Shown: piece after piece, positions 37,401 through 49,791 of the stretch
Layout: the number at the start of each line of letters is the position of its first letter
How positions within the stretch are numbered: position 1 is the stretch's first letter
Source of the DNA: Eremomyces bilateralis CBS 781.70
Lineage: Eukaryota
Assembly: GCA_010015585.1 (NCBI GenBank)
Contig: ML975149.1
DNA: 64,000 bases
Reading direction: 5' to 3' (one strand)
The notes under the pieces: generated by a model
What the model was told of the DNA's origin: nothing
The model's database searches: none
What the model saw: the letters and a program-made list of their open reading frames with translations, nothing else
Program-made: the position numbers and the translations under genes

Positions 37401-40400
37401 TAATAGTATCGCAATATCGGAATGCCTGGTCGGGAAGGTAACCGAAAGCTCAATGGGCCCGGTAGCCAGGAATCGCGATATTAATTCGCTTCAAGGGAGT
37501 CGGCGCGGGGCACGATCGCTGCAAACCGACCGGGTGAAGGTGTCTCATGTGGTGATTTGGAAAAGTTTCCTTGTGCAGTCTCGGGCGGAGCTTTATCCCT
37601 TCACCTACAGAAGCGGGACGGTTGGTGATGTTGGCAACGGCCGAACGTTGAACCAAGACCAGAGTAAATGCTCGAACGGTACTCCGTACCTGGAACAATT
37701 TTCCGATAGACAGGCGAGAAATTGGCTCAATGATCAGTGATGGAACGTGGATAAGATGTCATGAGAATCAATCGCTCTCAATGTCAACGCTTGTTCTCTG
37801 TCTTCAGACTAGAAGGGATCATGAAAAATCAATCTATCTTCGGATCCAAGAACCGCATCTGGGCCCTCGCCGCTGCTTCCCTAGTTCTTATCAGCATCTC
37901 TGGTTATATTAATATGTCTATATTAATATAAAAACGGTCTGTTCGACCCGATCTATGCTGGGTTCCCTGGACGACAACGTCGTCGGGGTCGAGAAGGTTG
38001 CTCGACCTATGGATTCGATAGCTACGGGTTTGTGATCAACTGGTTATACGGAAATACTAATTATCCTATCGAGGTCCGTCTGAACGGACAAAGGTTGAAG
38101 GCAAAATGTCTGGCCATCCTCAACTGTCTCTGAAACGCACCAGTGGAGCTCGGGGGTTATAATTCAGAAGCCCGAGGCCCATCGTTCGGCCAGCCTTCAG
38201 AGTTCAGATGGGAGAATCAGAGGGTTGAAGCTCGAATCGCACATGTAAGAGCGGTCCGAATACTGACTTGACATTCATCTTCCGGCTGCGAATGTAGATG
38301 GACCGGTATTCGATGGACCTTGACGAGAAATCCACAGTCGGACCATTTCCAACGATCTGCGACAGGATCAACCACCAATCAATCAGTTTACGTCAAGCGA
38401 CAAGCGGGTCTGTGACTCTGTATTTTGTGCGACACGGGTAGAAACAATAGCCCCACACAATTTGGTCCGCGACATAGACGTTTAAATTGATTCAAAAACA
38501 GGACGCATTCACGGGATGGAAGAAGGTCTGGCCAACTCGGTTCCGTTCTGAAGGGACCAAGAAGTCCGGTGCATCCGAAAACCGCTGATATGGGAGGCGA
38601 GAGTGTCTCAAATTGATAGACCTGCGAGGCTTGGGATGGGTCATTCGGAGAGGTGTGATAACAGGTTGCATACAATCCGGGGTCGAGCAGAGTGATCCTT
38701 CTCACAACTGTGCATGAAGCGCATCTGCTGCTGCATTTGCCTTTCAGAGTATCATTTGATATTAGCACCGGACTCGAGCGATGGTGGCTGATAGGACTTA
38801 GGAGGGCAGATCAGCATATCACACTCCTCCATTTCGGTACCACGAGACCTGCAGCCTATGCACACAACCTCCGGCGATGTAGACCCTGCACAAAGGCCGA
38901 GCGAAGTGCCTGTTTCGGTCAATTTGGCTTGAAGCTGCAATGGTCACTCGTTCGCCAGGCATCTGGCTTGTAGGATGTTTCCTAGGAAAGCAAGTCGACA
39001 CTCGAAAGCAGAATGACGACTGGCAAGGTCAGAATTTCAGATTGAGGAAATGTCCAGAAATCGGCACGACAAGGACTCACTCCTACATTAGCTCCCGTAC
39101 CTCACCGTCCCTTGAAAAAGGAATTTGGCTTCTTTGTCTAGCGCTGATCAGCGTTGGTGGCTTCCTAGTTCCTCGGCCTCACTCCGTCGGAGACCCCACA
39201 ATGCAAGCGTTATTGCTTCCTGCAGCATCAGATCTCAGGGTGCGAGGGTGAGTTAGTGACTGTCTCGTCGTCAAGTCCACATGTCACCAAACAAGACCGG
39301 AGTCATGAAAAATGGTACAGATCTCAAATCAATAACCATGGCGATCGATGATCATGGAGATTGCTCCATCGGCATCAAATCTTGAGGTTGCCTTAGCAGA
39401 AGCCGAGTCATAGATCATGATACCATATTCCTAAATACTAGTCCGAAGAGTCAAGATCTCCCTTTGATAACCTCGATGTGTCGAAGGAGGCGTCAGACTA
39501 GGAAATAGGAAGATTCAACCACCTCCGGAAGAATGCTAACAACCCTTGCACTGCCGGTTTACTGCCGCTTTAGAGACGAGCCGACCGGGCTATTGAATTG
39601 CCAATCTGAATGTATGATTGGAAGCGCCATGCGAGCGTCTGCCGGTTCGTCTGTGAGGTTCTCGGCCTCCAGGGTTTCGCTACGGTATGGCTGTATGGAT
39701 AATGAGAAACTGGAACAGGGCTACCCATTTAACCCAAGTACCCAGTAAACGTCGAACCAGGTTCAAAATGCACGGCTTGTGTTTTTGACAGGCTGGCCTT
39801 TACCGTATCCGTCGGAACGCCGTTCATGCATCGATAAAAAGCCGATCGACGGATCCAATAGGCCCAATTCGATAACTCGCACGTACCACTAATGGCCATC
39901 CGGACACCATGCTCTTTTGGTGATGTTCGCAGGGCTATTTGACAACCTGACCGAGCTCAAGCCACTTGTTTTCAACCTGAACTGTACGGTAGTCGGTATT
40001 ATTAACAGGATATTTGATATTACCGTTCAGAGGTTAGACATCTGGTAAGTTCTCAGTCGTGTCCGTGTGAGCGCCGCTGTTCTATTGTTCACTTGGCCCT
40101 CTTCTCCTCCTCCTCCTCCCTCCTCAATTCCCCCCCTCAAGAACATCTGGTCGATCCTAACGGCCGGGTTCGTTACCGACGACGACCGCCTGAAACGAGC
40201 CACAAAGGTACTATGCTCATCATTCTGTTCCACTCTCATATCATCGAGGCATGGACAAGTGGTGCCACTCCAAATGCCCTTATATCACCCCGCTCACAAG
40301 CGGACGGTACTCCATGCTCCCCAGTCCCCACCACTACCTGGAATTCTCTCCGACGGGCCCATAAAGCTTACAGACTGAGTATGGCACCCGTTCCCGCGGG

Positions 40401-41233
40401 CGTTTTCCTGTCAATGATCTGCATGTCGCTGACTAGGCGAGATCTGTGAACCCAACCTTTGTCCTAGTGAACCACTGCGTGCCAACCGATCTGGGTATTT
40501 AGTATTGCATGCATTCCACTCTCACAGGGGTCCGAATACAGCTCCTCTCTTTCCTCTCTTGTCATTCACCTGCTCTTACTTCATTTCCTCCCTATCGACT
40601 ATCGAGTCGCTCTCTCATTATCTGGAGGCGCCAAAAGCCCACCGCGCCGGGTCTCCCAGCCGCCTTCATCTCCCTTTTCAGTATTCATCGATTTCTCTGG
40701 AGTGGTTCGATGTCCCAGTTCCGCCTCATCCAATTAGCCTAGGTCGTGGCACACCGACCGGCTTATCAGATAGTAACATCCACTTGCCCGGAGTGGTGCC
40801 ATTTGCAAATATCTTCCAGCGCGGCACTCTGCCGCAGTAGATGTTCACTTGTCCAAGTAAGAACTGCAATTCCATTTATGTCCTGGCGCTTTCGGCGACA
40901 TTTGTTGCGGTCTATAAGTCAAGAACGTTGTTTAATATCTGCGTTTAAGTGTCGGCGTGAGGGTCAGGCTCTGATGGATCGTAGCTTATATTCCCTACCA
41001 ATCCTGTTAGGCGTTAGCAACAGAACAACTTTACTATCTGGTCCGTATATATTCAACACCCCACCTCCCTTCCACGGACCGCTGGATCTCGAGATATATA
41101 TCACCGTCATTGGCTCCTGCCGATTCCAGGAAGGACTGGCGATTTCGATACTACTGGAGTGCCAAAGCAAGGAAACCCCTGGTGGAAAGTTTGCGACTTC
41201 CTAACGACGGCGGGACCGCAATCGACTGTGGAT

Positions 41234-43154
41234 ATGCATATCTCGTCCTTAACCAACGAACTATTTCTGCCTCAGCCATCAGCGGGGCACGGTTGGGTTG
41301 TCGAAACTCCAGTGAGAAGCAAGAAGACGTCGGAACGGTTGAGGACGGTGTCGGAGTCGCTTTCGTATCCCTCCCCTCCTATGTCCGAGCCACCGTCTCC
41401 AGTCAGATATCCGGCCTCGATTGCTGCAGACATACCGTCCGACTCCCCCCGGGCCCGAGAACTGGAGCAGAGGAGGTGGCAGAGTTCCTTTCAGCTCCCA
41501 CCGACGTCTGCCCCGCAAGTACCAGCTCATGCCGCAGCTCTTCCGCAACCTCCCAGGACATCTCTTCCGGGGCCCGCAACGGACCAATTGAGACCTGCTA
41601 CCGCAACTGCCACCGCTCATCTGGCAACCGCTCATCTGGCTCCTGCACCATTTGGGGCGTACGGGCCAACTGCGGCTCCGGCGCAAATGTCGACGATCCA
41701 GGCCACCGGGCAATTCCAGGGGCCACTCATCCGGCCCGGGCGAGCAAGGAAAATGCCCAGTATGAAGAAGGCCAACGTCGCAGCTGCATGCGTCAACTGC
41801 CGGCGGGCTCATTTAAGTTGTGATGTTAATCGACCATGTGGGCGGTGCGTGACGTCAGGGAAACAGGTACGGACTCCCTCATGCTCTTGACAATACAGGG
41901 ACACTGACTCCTCGGAATGAACAGGATACCTGCGTGGATGTCGAACACAAGAAACGCGGCAGACCGCGGTTACGTGACCGAGAGCCTGGTGAAGCTGTAC
42001 CGGAAGTCGGTATTCCCCAGCTGCAACCTCTCTCCGCAGGGGCAGCGGCAGAGCAACTTCCCACTCCATCGGGGCGAAGATCAAGATTGCGATCACGGCC
42101 TCAGAGTATCAGCTCACTAGCCGAAATCACACAAGGCGCGATACATCAGCTTGGAGGCTATTTGCGGTCGCACATAGGCCCGGCACCAGCAGTGCAAACG
42201 CCCCCACAAGCGCCTCGAGGCCTCGAGGCCGACGCCAGCAATCCCGTAGCATTCCTCGACCTGAATCTGCAGATCCTGAAAACAAACCAGGCGTTTCGGG
42301 ACTGCACATATGGCCCAGGGGATCCGCGGGGGCGCGAGCTGGCCTACTTGGTCCAAAGCCAGTGTATTCCGCAATTGCAGCGCCTCCAGAGCGACCTGCG
42401 TGTGGAACGGGCGGAGCGCGATCCCACTCACCTGCCGCCGATCGGGTCGAGCGACGGAGAGAGAGCGGTTTCCGATGTTGAGGAGGGGGATATTGCGCGG
42501 ATTACGCAAGGGTTCACGGAGCGGAGGGACATTTGGAGGTTTATCCTATCAGGTGAGAACGCGGCTGCCTTGCCGGTACAGATATCGCTGGCACGGACAA
42601 CGACCTTCTTCGTAGTGCTCGTGTTGCCACGTATGCCTCCGCCGAGAGGAAGGCCCTTCGAGACCCCCTCACATATGTCTCAGCAGGGCTTCGCGCCTAG
42701 ACAAACTGTTAGCGGTGAACCAAGTGGCCCTGCATTCTCCAGCCCTCACTCTCCCTTTACGTCGATCCACGCCACTGCGACAACACTACCTCCTACGCCG
42801 GGAACGATTCCTTTCAGCCCATCAGCAACAACCCGACCCGAGCAACATGGCCAAGAAAGCCGCCCGACCTCTCGCCGAGCTGAGCAACTTCCACCTCCGA
42901 ATCCATTCCATCAAGTTTCCTTACCACCACCGCCACAAGCCGCCACCTCCTCCCGAAGTCCAGTCCATGACCTCCTCAATTCGTTCGACCACCAGCAACG
43001 ATCAGCCGCCGAGAGTTCGAGCGTCACAGCGCAACAACCCAGCCCGGAGACAAGCCGTCGAAGAGAACGAGAGCCATCGGCCACGGGGTCGCAACCGGAC
43101 CATGACGACGGGCGCAAACGGCGGCGACTGAACATCGACGAAGTATTGGATTGA
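41234..43154 (+). CDS. Zn(II)2Cys6 transcription factor with a PAS-like segment
   Basis: ACVNCRRAHLSCDVNRPCGRCVTSGKQ|DTCVDVEHKKRGRPRLR across intron 41867-41924; VAFLDLNLQILKTNQAF; C-terminal RKRRRLNIDEVL. Confidence 0.9.
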
Positions 43155-44261
43155 ACGAAGAATGATATGAGGAAAAGATATCTTGCAATAGGAGCATTGG
43201 AGCGCGAGTGATGCATTTAATAGAACCGAGAGAAGCAAGGAAAGTCGTGGATGATGCGACGGGATGGATCCATTCAGCAAAGGACGGATAGTGCCAAATA
43301 TTGGGATTGCCGCATATATTTGGCCGTCTAGTCTATACATACGTTTAATTATTCGGTTCATGGAAGCGTCATTGTAATTGCATTGGCGGAGAGGGGAGTT
43401 GGCATTCTGATATCCTGGGTTAAGGCAAGGCATCATGGGAATGTATATCAACATCTTTCAAGATACGAAGTGTATAACAGCGCTCGCAATATAAGAGGAG
43501 GGGATAGAATGATTACACACGGGAACGTATGTGCAATATCTAGTTTATATGACCGCGATATGATGGCAGCCCTAAGCACCCATTCAGGGTGGTGCAGCCG
43601 GGAACAAGATTAATCACCGAGCCGCTGATCACCAGTCCCCGAACTTCTGCACCGTCCGATAGTGACACAAGAACGGTCGACCAAGACGGCAAAGTACAAC
43701 GAAACCGGGGAATATCCAACCGATGATCAAGATGTATCGCTGATTCCTTAGGGGTTGTACAGGCTGGACGATCGCATCCCTGGCGCGATGTTGTGCGTCG
43801 ATTTGGAGAATTTTCTGGCGTGGCTCCATGCATACCGCGGTTCATGCAGGCCAGATGTTGTCGCCCAGCATGGCCTTGGGAGGTTATCTTATTAGACGGA
43901 TTGGACGGATCGCAGACCTATTCCGTGTAAATATTGCGACGGGATGTCATCCTCTTGTATATTAGTGTAGCTGCACATGCGAGGTATAGTCAAGCTTGGG
44001 AACCCAACCTCAATATCCCTGATAACTTCCACGTGCGTACTATCACATCAGTAGAGGGAGCGGTAGGAATTACTCCTAGCAAAACCTCATATGGTTTGTC
44101 CATGAGACTTCCATGAATGATACCGCGATCGTCTCAACCATTGAGACGTCACGAGTCTATGTTGGCTCTAAGTCCACGAGGAAAACTTATCGTTCTCCAC
44201 AGGAACGAGCCCCCAAGCGCCCATCGCCATGCAAAGCAAGTAACCAGCAAAACGCTCCCTA

Positions 44262-45039
44262 TCACCCCAGCACCTTCAGCTTTTTCTTTTTCTTCCCCCC
44301 CTCCTTCGGCTTCCCCTTCTGAAAGTCCCGCCAACTCTCTATCCGCTTCTCCCTCGTCTGCTCCCAACTCTGCTCATGCTCCCGTTTCCGCTTCCGCTCC
44401 GCGATCTCCTCCTCCTCCTTCTTCTGCTCCCGCCCCTCCTCCTGCATCTGCGCCTTCAGCTGCTTCCGCCGCCGCACCTCGTTGTCCATCAGCACCATTT
44501 TCGTCTTCTCGCGCCACGCCTTGCGGAACTCCGCGTCCGGATCCTTGACTTCCGGGCTGTCGACCGTGAGCTTGCGGTCGCGCATGAGGAGCATGCGCGC
44601 GTCGGCGATCGCTTCGTCGAGCCGCTCGCGGAGCTTCTCGTCCATTAGTTCGGTTTGCGCTTTCTTGAGGCGGTCGAAGGCGTCTGGGGCGAGGGGGTTG
44701 GAGGTCTTGTCTGGATGGATGAGGAGGGATTTTTTGCGGTAGGTGAGCTTGATTGCGGATTCGGGGACACCGGGTTGGAGGTCGAGGACCGCATATGCGT
44801 CGAGTCGGAAGGCGTTGAGGATTCCTAGGCCATCGGGTTAGATCTGCGGCCAATAGATCTCGCGTCGATAAGAGGTAGGGGGGGTATTACTGTCAATCTC
44901 GGCATCCTAGGAGAGCAGCTGGTCAGTAACAGCACTACCGCAAAGCGTAAGACTTGTAATTATGCTCACGAACCTTATCGAATTCCTTGGATTCTCGCTC
45001 CAGCGCATCGAGGATGTCCTTATCGTCGTCTTCAGCCAT
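44262..45039 (-). CDS. spf31: J-domain protein, DNAJC8/Spf31 type
   Basis: KEFDK|DAEID|RILNAFRLDAYAVLDL, SLLIHPDK (HPD), WEQTREKRIESWRDFQ; 16-nt microexon 44891-44906. Confidence 0.9.
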
Positions 45040-45452
45040 GCTTAAGTGGGTTCGGAGGTGTTCTGTAAGTGGACGAGGGAGTGAGACCTAGTAGATGGCT
45101 CATTCACAAGAGAAACCTGGCGCGTAAAGTAGAATATAGCGATGTCTTCCTAGACAGATATGCAATATCAAGAACATATCAGGACTGAGACGGGCCGCCC
45201 CTCACTGGGTCGCTGCAGGTGGGCCCCCTGCTGTGGCTCACCACCCAGACGACCTATGGTCTGCGCCACCTAAATTTTCTTGACCATCACTGCAGATCTG
45301 ATATCCGCGAATGTCCACTGAAATCTGCCCGTGATTTTATTGCCACAAAGATTCGCTTGACGAAGAAGGCTACCGAGGATCTCGGAATTGGGTTTTAGCA
45401 AGTTCCGTGTAGGAAAGGTCCAACTCATCAGGGAATCCTCAACACCGGCACC

Positions 45453-47952
45453 ATGGGGAATCGAGTCGAGAAGAGCCAGCAGAAGAAGAAACGGGGAGCA
45501 GGTTTCGGTCAAAGCAAGCGGAAAACGGACCATACCCAGATTGAAAAGCTAGAGAAGGCCATTAACGAGCTTGTAAGTCATCCAAGATTGTTCCAATTGC
45601 CTGATATCTGACTCTCCGCAGGACCCCAAAGAGGATTCATTCAAAGATTTCGCTGACCTTCCGATTTCCGACATTACCAAAGAAGGCATAAAAGCCAATC
45701 ACTACTCAGTGCTCACCGACATCCAGGCCAAGGCCATCCCATATGGGCTGAAGGGATCCGACATACTTGGAGCTGCGAAGACCGGGAGCGGCAAGACCCT
45801 AGCATTCGTCATTCCGGTGCTAGAGAACCTCTACCGCGCACAATGCATAGGGAAAGATGCTGGCCTAGGCGCGATGATCATCTCGCCGACGAGGGAATTG
45901 GCGATCCAAATATTCGAAGTGCTCTACCGGATTGGACGAAAGGGACATCTTTTCGCCGCTGGACTCGTCATCGGAGGGAAGCACTTGAGAGAAGAGCAGG
46001 ATGCGCTCGTGCGGATGAACATCGTGGTCTGCACACCTGGTCGCATACTTCAACATTTATCCCAGACGGTCAATTTCAACGTGGATAACCTTCGGATGCT
46101 GGTTCTAGACGAAGCGGACCGTATCCTCGACATGGGTTTCCAGAGAGATGTGGATGCGATTATCGACTACCTGCCCAAAGAAAGGCAGACAATGCTATTC
46201 AGCGCAACCCAGACCAAGCGAGTATCCGATTTGGCAAGGTTAAGTCTCCAAGACCCGGAATACATTTCAGTTCACGAAGCAGCCACGGCCGCAACTCCGC
46301 AATCGCTTCAACAGAATTACGTCGTCGCACCGTTACCGGAGAAACTCGATACCTTGTGGAGTTTCTTGCAGACGGCGAAAAAGTCAAAGATCATCGTGTT
46401 CCTGTCTTCAGGGAAGCAGGTTCGATTCGTATATGAGAGCTTCCGCAAGATGCAACCCGGCATCCCACTGCTGCATCTCCATGGACGACAGAAGCAATTT
46501 GCAAGGCATGATATCACCTCAAGATTTGCCAAAGACAAGACGTGCTGTCTGTTTGCGACCGATGTGGTTGCGCGAGGCATTGACTTCCCTGCTGTCGACT
46601 GGGTTGTCCAGGTCGATTGCCCCGAGGACGCCGACACTTACATTCATCGCGTCGGGCGAACCGCAAGATACGAGCGAAATGGTCGAGCCATTCTGTTCCT
46701 CGACCCCACCGAAGAGGAAGGGATGGTGAAGCGTTTAGAGCACAAGAAAGTGCCGATTGAGAAGATCAACATCAAGGAGAAGAAGCAGAAGAGCATCAAG
46801 GATCAGTTGCAGAACTTGTGTTTCAAAGATCCGCAACTGAAATACCTCGGACAGAAGGCGTTCAGCTCCTACGTCCGATCCATCTACGTCCAGAAAGACA
46901 AAGAGGTGTTCAAACTGGGAGAGCTACCTCTGGAAGAATTCGCGGCCAGCCTCGGTCTTCCCGGCGCCCCCCGAGTGAAGTTTATGGAAGGAGACGACAT
47001 GAAATCTATCAAGAATGCCCCGAGACGCGGCATGTCTCCTTCCGAGGACGACACCGAGGAAGAAGAGAACGATGCTAAAGATGCCAAAGGAAAGGCAAAG
47101 GTGCGGACTAGGTACGACCGTATGTTTGAGCGGCGTAATCAAGACATTCTGGCGGATCACTATACCAAGCTCATCCGGCCGGATGAAGAAGTAGACGAGT
47201 CAAAGCTGGCGGAAGACTTCAATGGGGAGGCCGTCCAGGACGACTCCTTCATGACTGTGAAACGACGCATCGCTGTCGACGAGGACGGTATTGGTGCGTC
47301 GTCATCAGACGAAGAGGACGCCGCTTCGGGTGGAGCCGGGCTCCCCGTGAAGAAAGTGGTGGCCCTTGCCGGCGCTAAAGAACCGCTGCTCATCGACTCC
47401 AAACGACGGGAGAAGCTGCTGAAATCGAAGAAAAAGTTGCTGAACTTCAAAGACCACGGCAAAAAGATCATCTTCGATGACGACGGCAAACCGCATGAGG
47501 TGTATGAGCTGGAAGACATCGACACGTTCAAGGCGAAGGGTGGGGCTGAGGAGCAGCGGAAGACCTTCTTGGACGCGGAGAGGCAGCGGGTGCAGCTGGC
47601 GGATGTGGAGGACAAGGCGATGGCGAAGCAGAAGCGGAAGGACAAGCGGGAGAAGCAGCGAGAGCGGGAGCGGGAGGAGTTTGAAGAAGAAGCGAACGAG
47701 GAGGAGGAGTTCGGGGTTCAGCTAGGTGATCGGCATGCTCGACATATTCCGGTCGATCTGGGATCGGATGAATCGGACGAGGAGGTTGAGGCGCCTGTGA
47801 AACCAGCTAAGAGGCCGAAGAAGTGGTTCGAGGACAGCGATGAGGAAGAGGGTGGTAAGCCTAGCAAGAAGCGGAGGAAGCAGATGGATAATGCCCCTGA
47901 GACTTTGGAGGACTTGGAGGCTCTGGCTGCCGGGTTTCTGGGAGGGAAATAG
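45453..47952 (+). CDS. DBP4: DEAD-box RNA helicase Dbp4/Hca4 (40S biogenesis)
   Basis: [65 protein letters not shown]; intron 45573-45621. Confidence 0.96.
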
Positions 47953-48236
47953 GGTTAGTCATGATTGTAGACATGCATTGAAATTTCATGAGAACTTCAA
48001 TAAGACCCATTAAAGCCGTTAAATGAATTGATCCGATGTATTACTTCATATTTCTGTGAATTCCTCTATCCTCGTCCAATGGTTGATCTTCCTCGTCGTC
48101 GTAGCTGCCCAATATTAGCACATTTGGCAAATATCGCCCACCGTAACGCATCGCAACCTCCATCCAAAGTTTTGTGAAGACCAACCCTGAGAATCTCGCT
48201 GCATGGTATTGTACCTGCATCCGCCTCGTCACGATC

Positions 48237-49315
48237 ATGGCCTCATTATTTTCCAAAGCTCTTCGGAGGCCCCAAACATTATTCGTCCAGAACCAATGGA
48301 TATGGCGAACGCCCGCGATCCGGGCCGCCTCGACGGTTGAGAGCGACCCTAAAGCCCGACCAGCAAAACGAGAAGCTGAAGAGGAGGGGATCCGTGAACA
48401 GCTCGAATCCCTCGAGATCGGTTCAAAATTCACGCCCGAACAAGATGCTGCCCGTGCCGCGAGGCAGGCCGCAAGACGAGAAGCGAAAGAGGCTCGAATG
48501 CGTGAAAAGCTCGATCCCAACTACCAGGCCGAGCAAGAAGCCCTCCGCGCCGCCAGAGAACAAGCCAAAGCCGACGCTGACGCGGAGCGACTCCGTGCGA
48601 AGCTCGAATCCATCGGTATCCCCGAAGCGCCCTTCTTCATGGGCCAGAAAGAAGTCTACCTGTCCGTGTCCCCCTCCCAAATATTCTGCATCCACATCAC
48701 TAACCTCTTCTAGCCCCAACATCCGCATCGCCCTCCTCAAAACCCCCCAACACCCCCCCTCGTTCGCCAAGTTCCTCGTCCCCCTCACCTGGAACAAGCT
48801 AGACCTGCGCGACTACCTCTGGAACGTGTACGGGGTGCACGCGGTGCGCGTGCGCGTGTACGTCCAGCTGCAGCGCGTGCGCATGGACAAACCGCGTGAG
48901 AAGTACCCGGCGGCGCGCCGCTGGTTCCGGCCGCAGAGCAAGAAGTTTATGACGATCGAGATGGATGAGCCGTTTTATTGGCCGCCGGACCCGGAGGATT
49001 TCGTGGAGTATGTATTCCTTTTCTCTTACCATTCTTGGAGCCGACACTGCGGGTTTGGAGATCATTTTCCGGATTGGATACGATTGGAGGGAAATAAACT
49101 GACGTGAATCGTTCCATAGGTGGGATAAGGACACGTTCGACGCGGCGAACAAGACGAAGATCAAGGAACGAGACTCGCGGATGCCGATCGGGGCGATGGA
49201 GAAACCGGCGGGGGCGGCGGACCTGCGGGCGCTGGCGAAGAAGTTTGTGACCGGGTCGGAGAAGTGGACGCCGCCGACGGATCCGTTTGGTCTGGATCGG
49301 CATCTGAAGAAGTAG
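48237..49315 (+). CDS. MRP20: Mitochondrial ribosomal protein uL23
   Basis: Presequence; GQKEVYL|PNIRIAL, FLVPLTWNKLDLRDYLWNVYGV, KKFMTIEMDEPFYWP; introns 48662-48712 and 49008-49119. Confidence 0.9.
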
Positions 49316-49791
49316 TTGATGTGAGCAGGGTGATTGAGAGGACGGGTGGAGGGTTGTATGATAACAGGAAGGGTCTTGCTGATGGTGGGCGGACATGCAT
49401 CGTGGTTGGGTTCGAAACGGTGTATGGACTGGCCGTCGACTTGTACGATACACAGGGATTGAAGGTGGTCAGGATGAGGTACATTACTGTTGTCGCTGGA
49501 TACTGGTCATAAACCGATGAGGGGCCATCACACCCCTGAAGCTGCTCTTGGTACATGATGGGACCATTGGTACGTCTACGAGATATTCAGTCCGAGATAT
49601 ATAGAATCTAGGATGGTATCTGCACGATTGACTCCGTCATTGCGGTAAATGTAAGGTAGCTCAAGCTTGACTACCGCTGTTACATTTGTTGCCTTATGGA
49701 CGCTACGTCGGTCCTAAATCCTACGAATCTAACGAGTTATCCAAGCATGTCGCTCAAATTGCTCTACTCGTATATCGACAACCATAACCCG

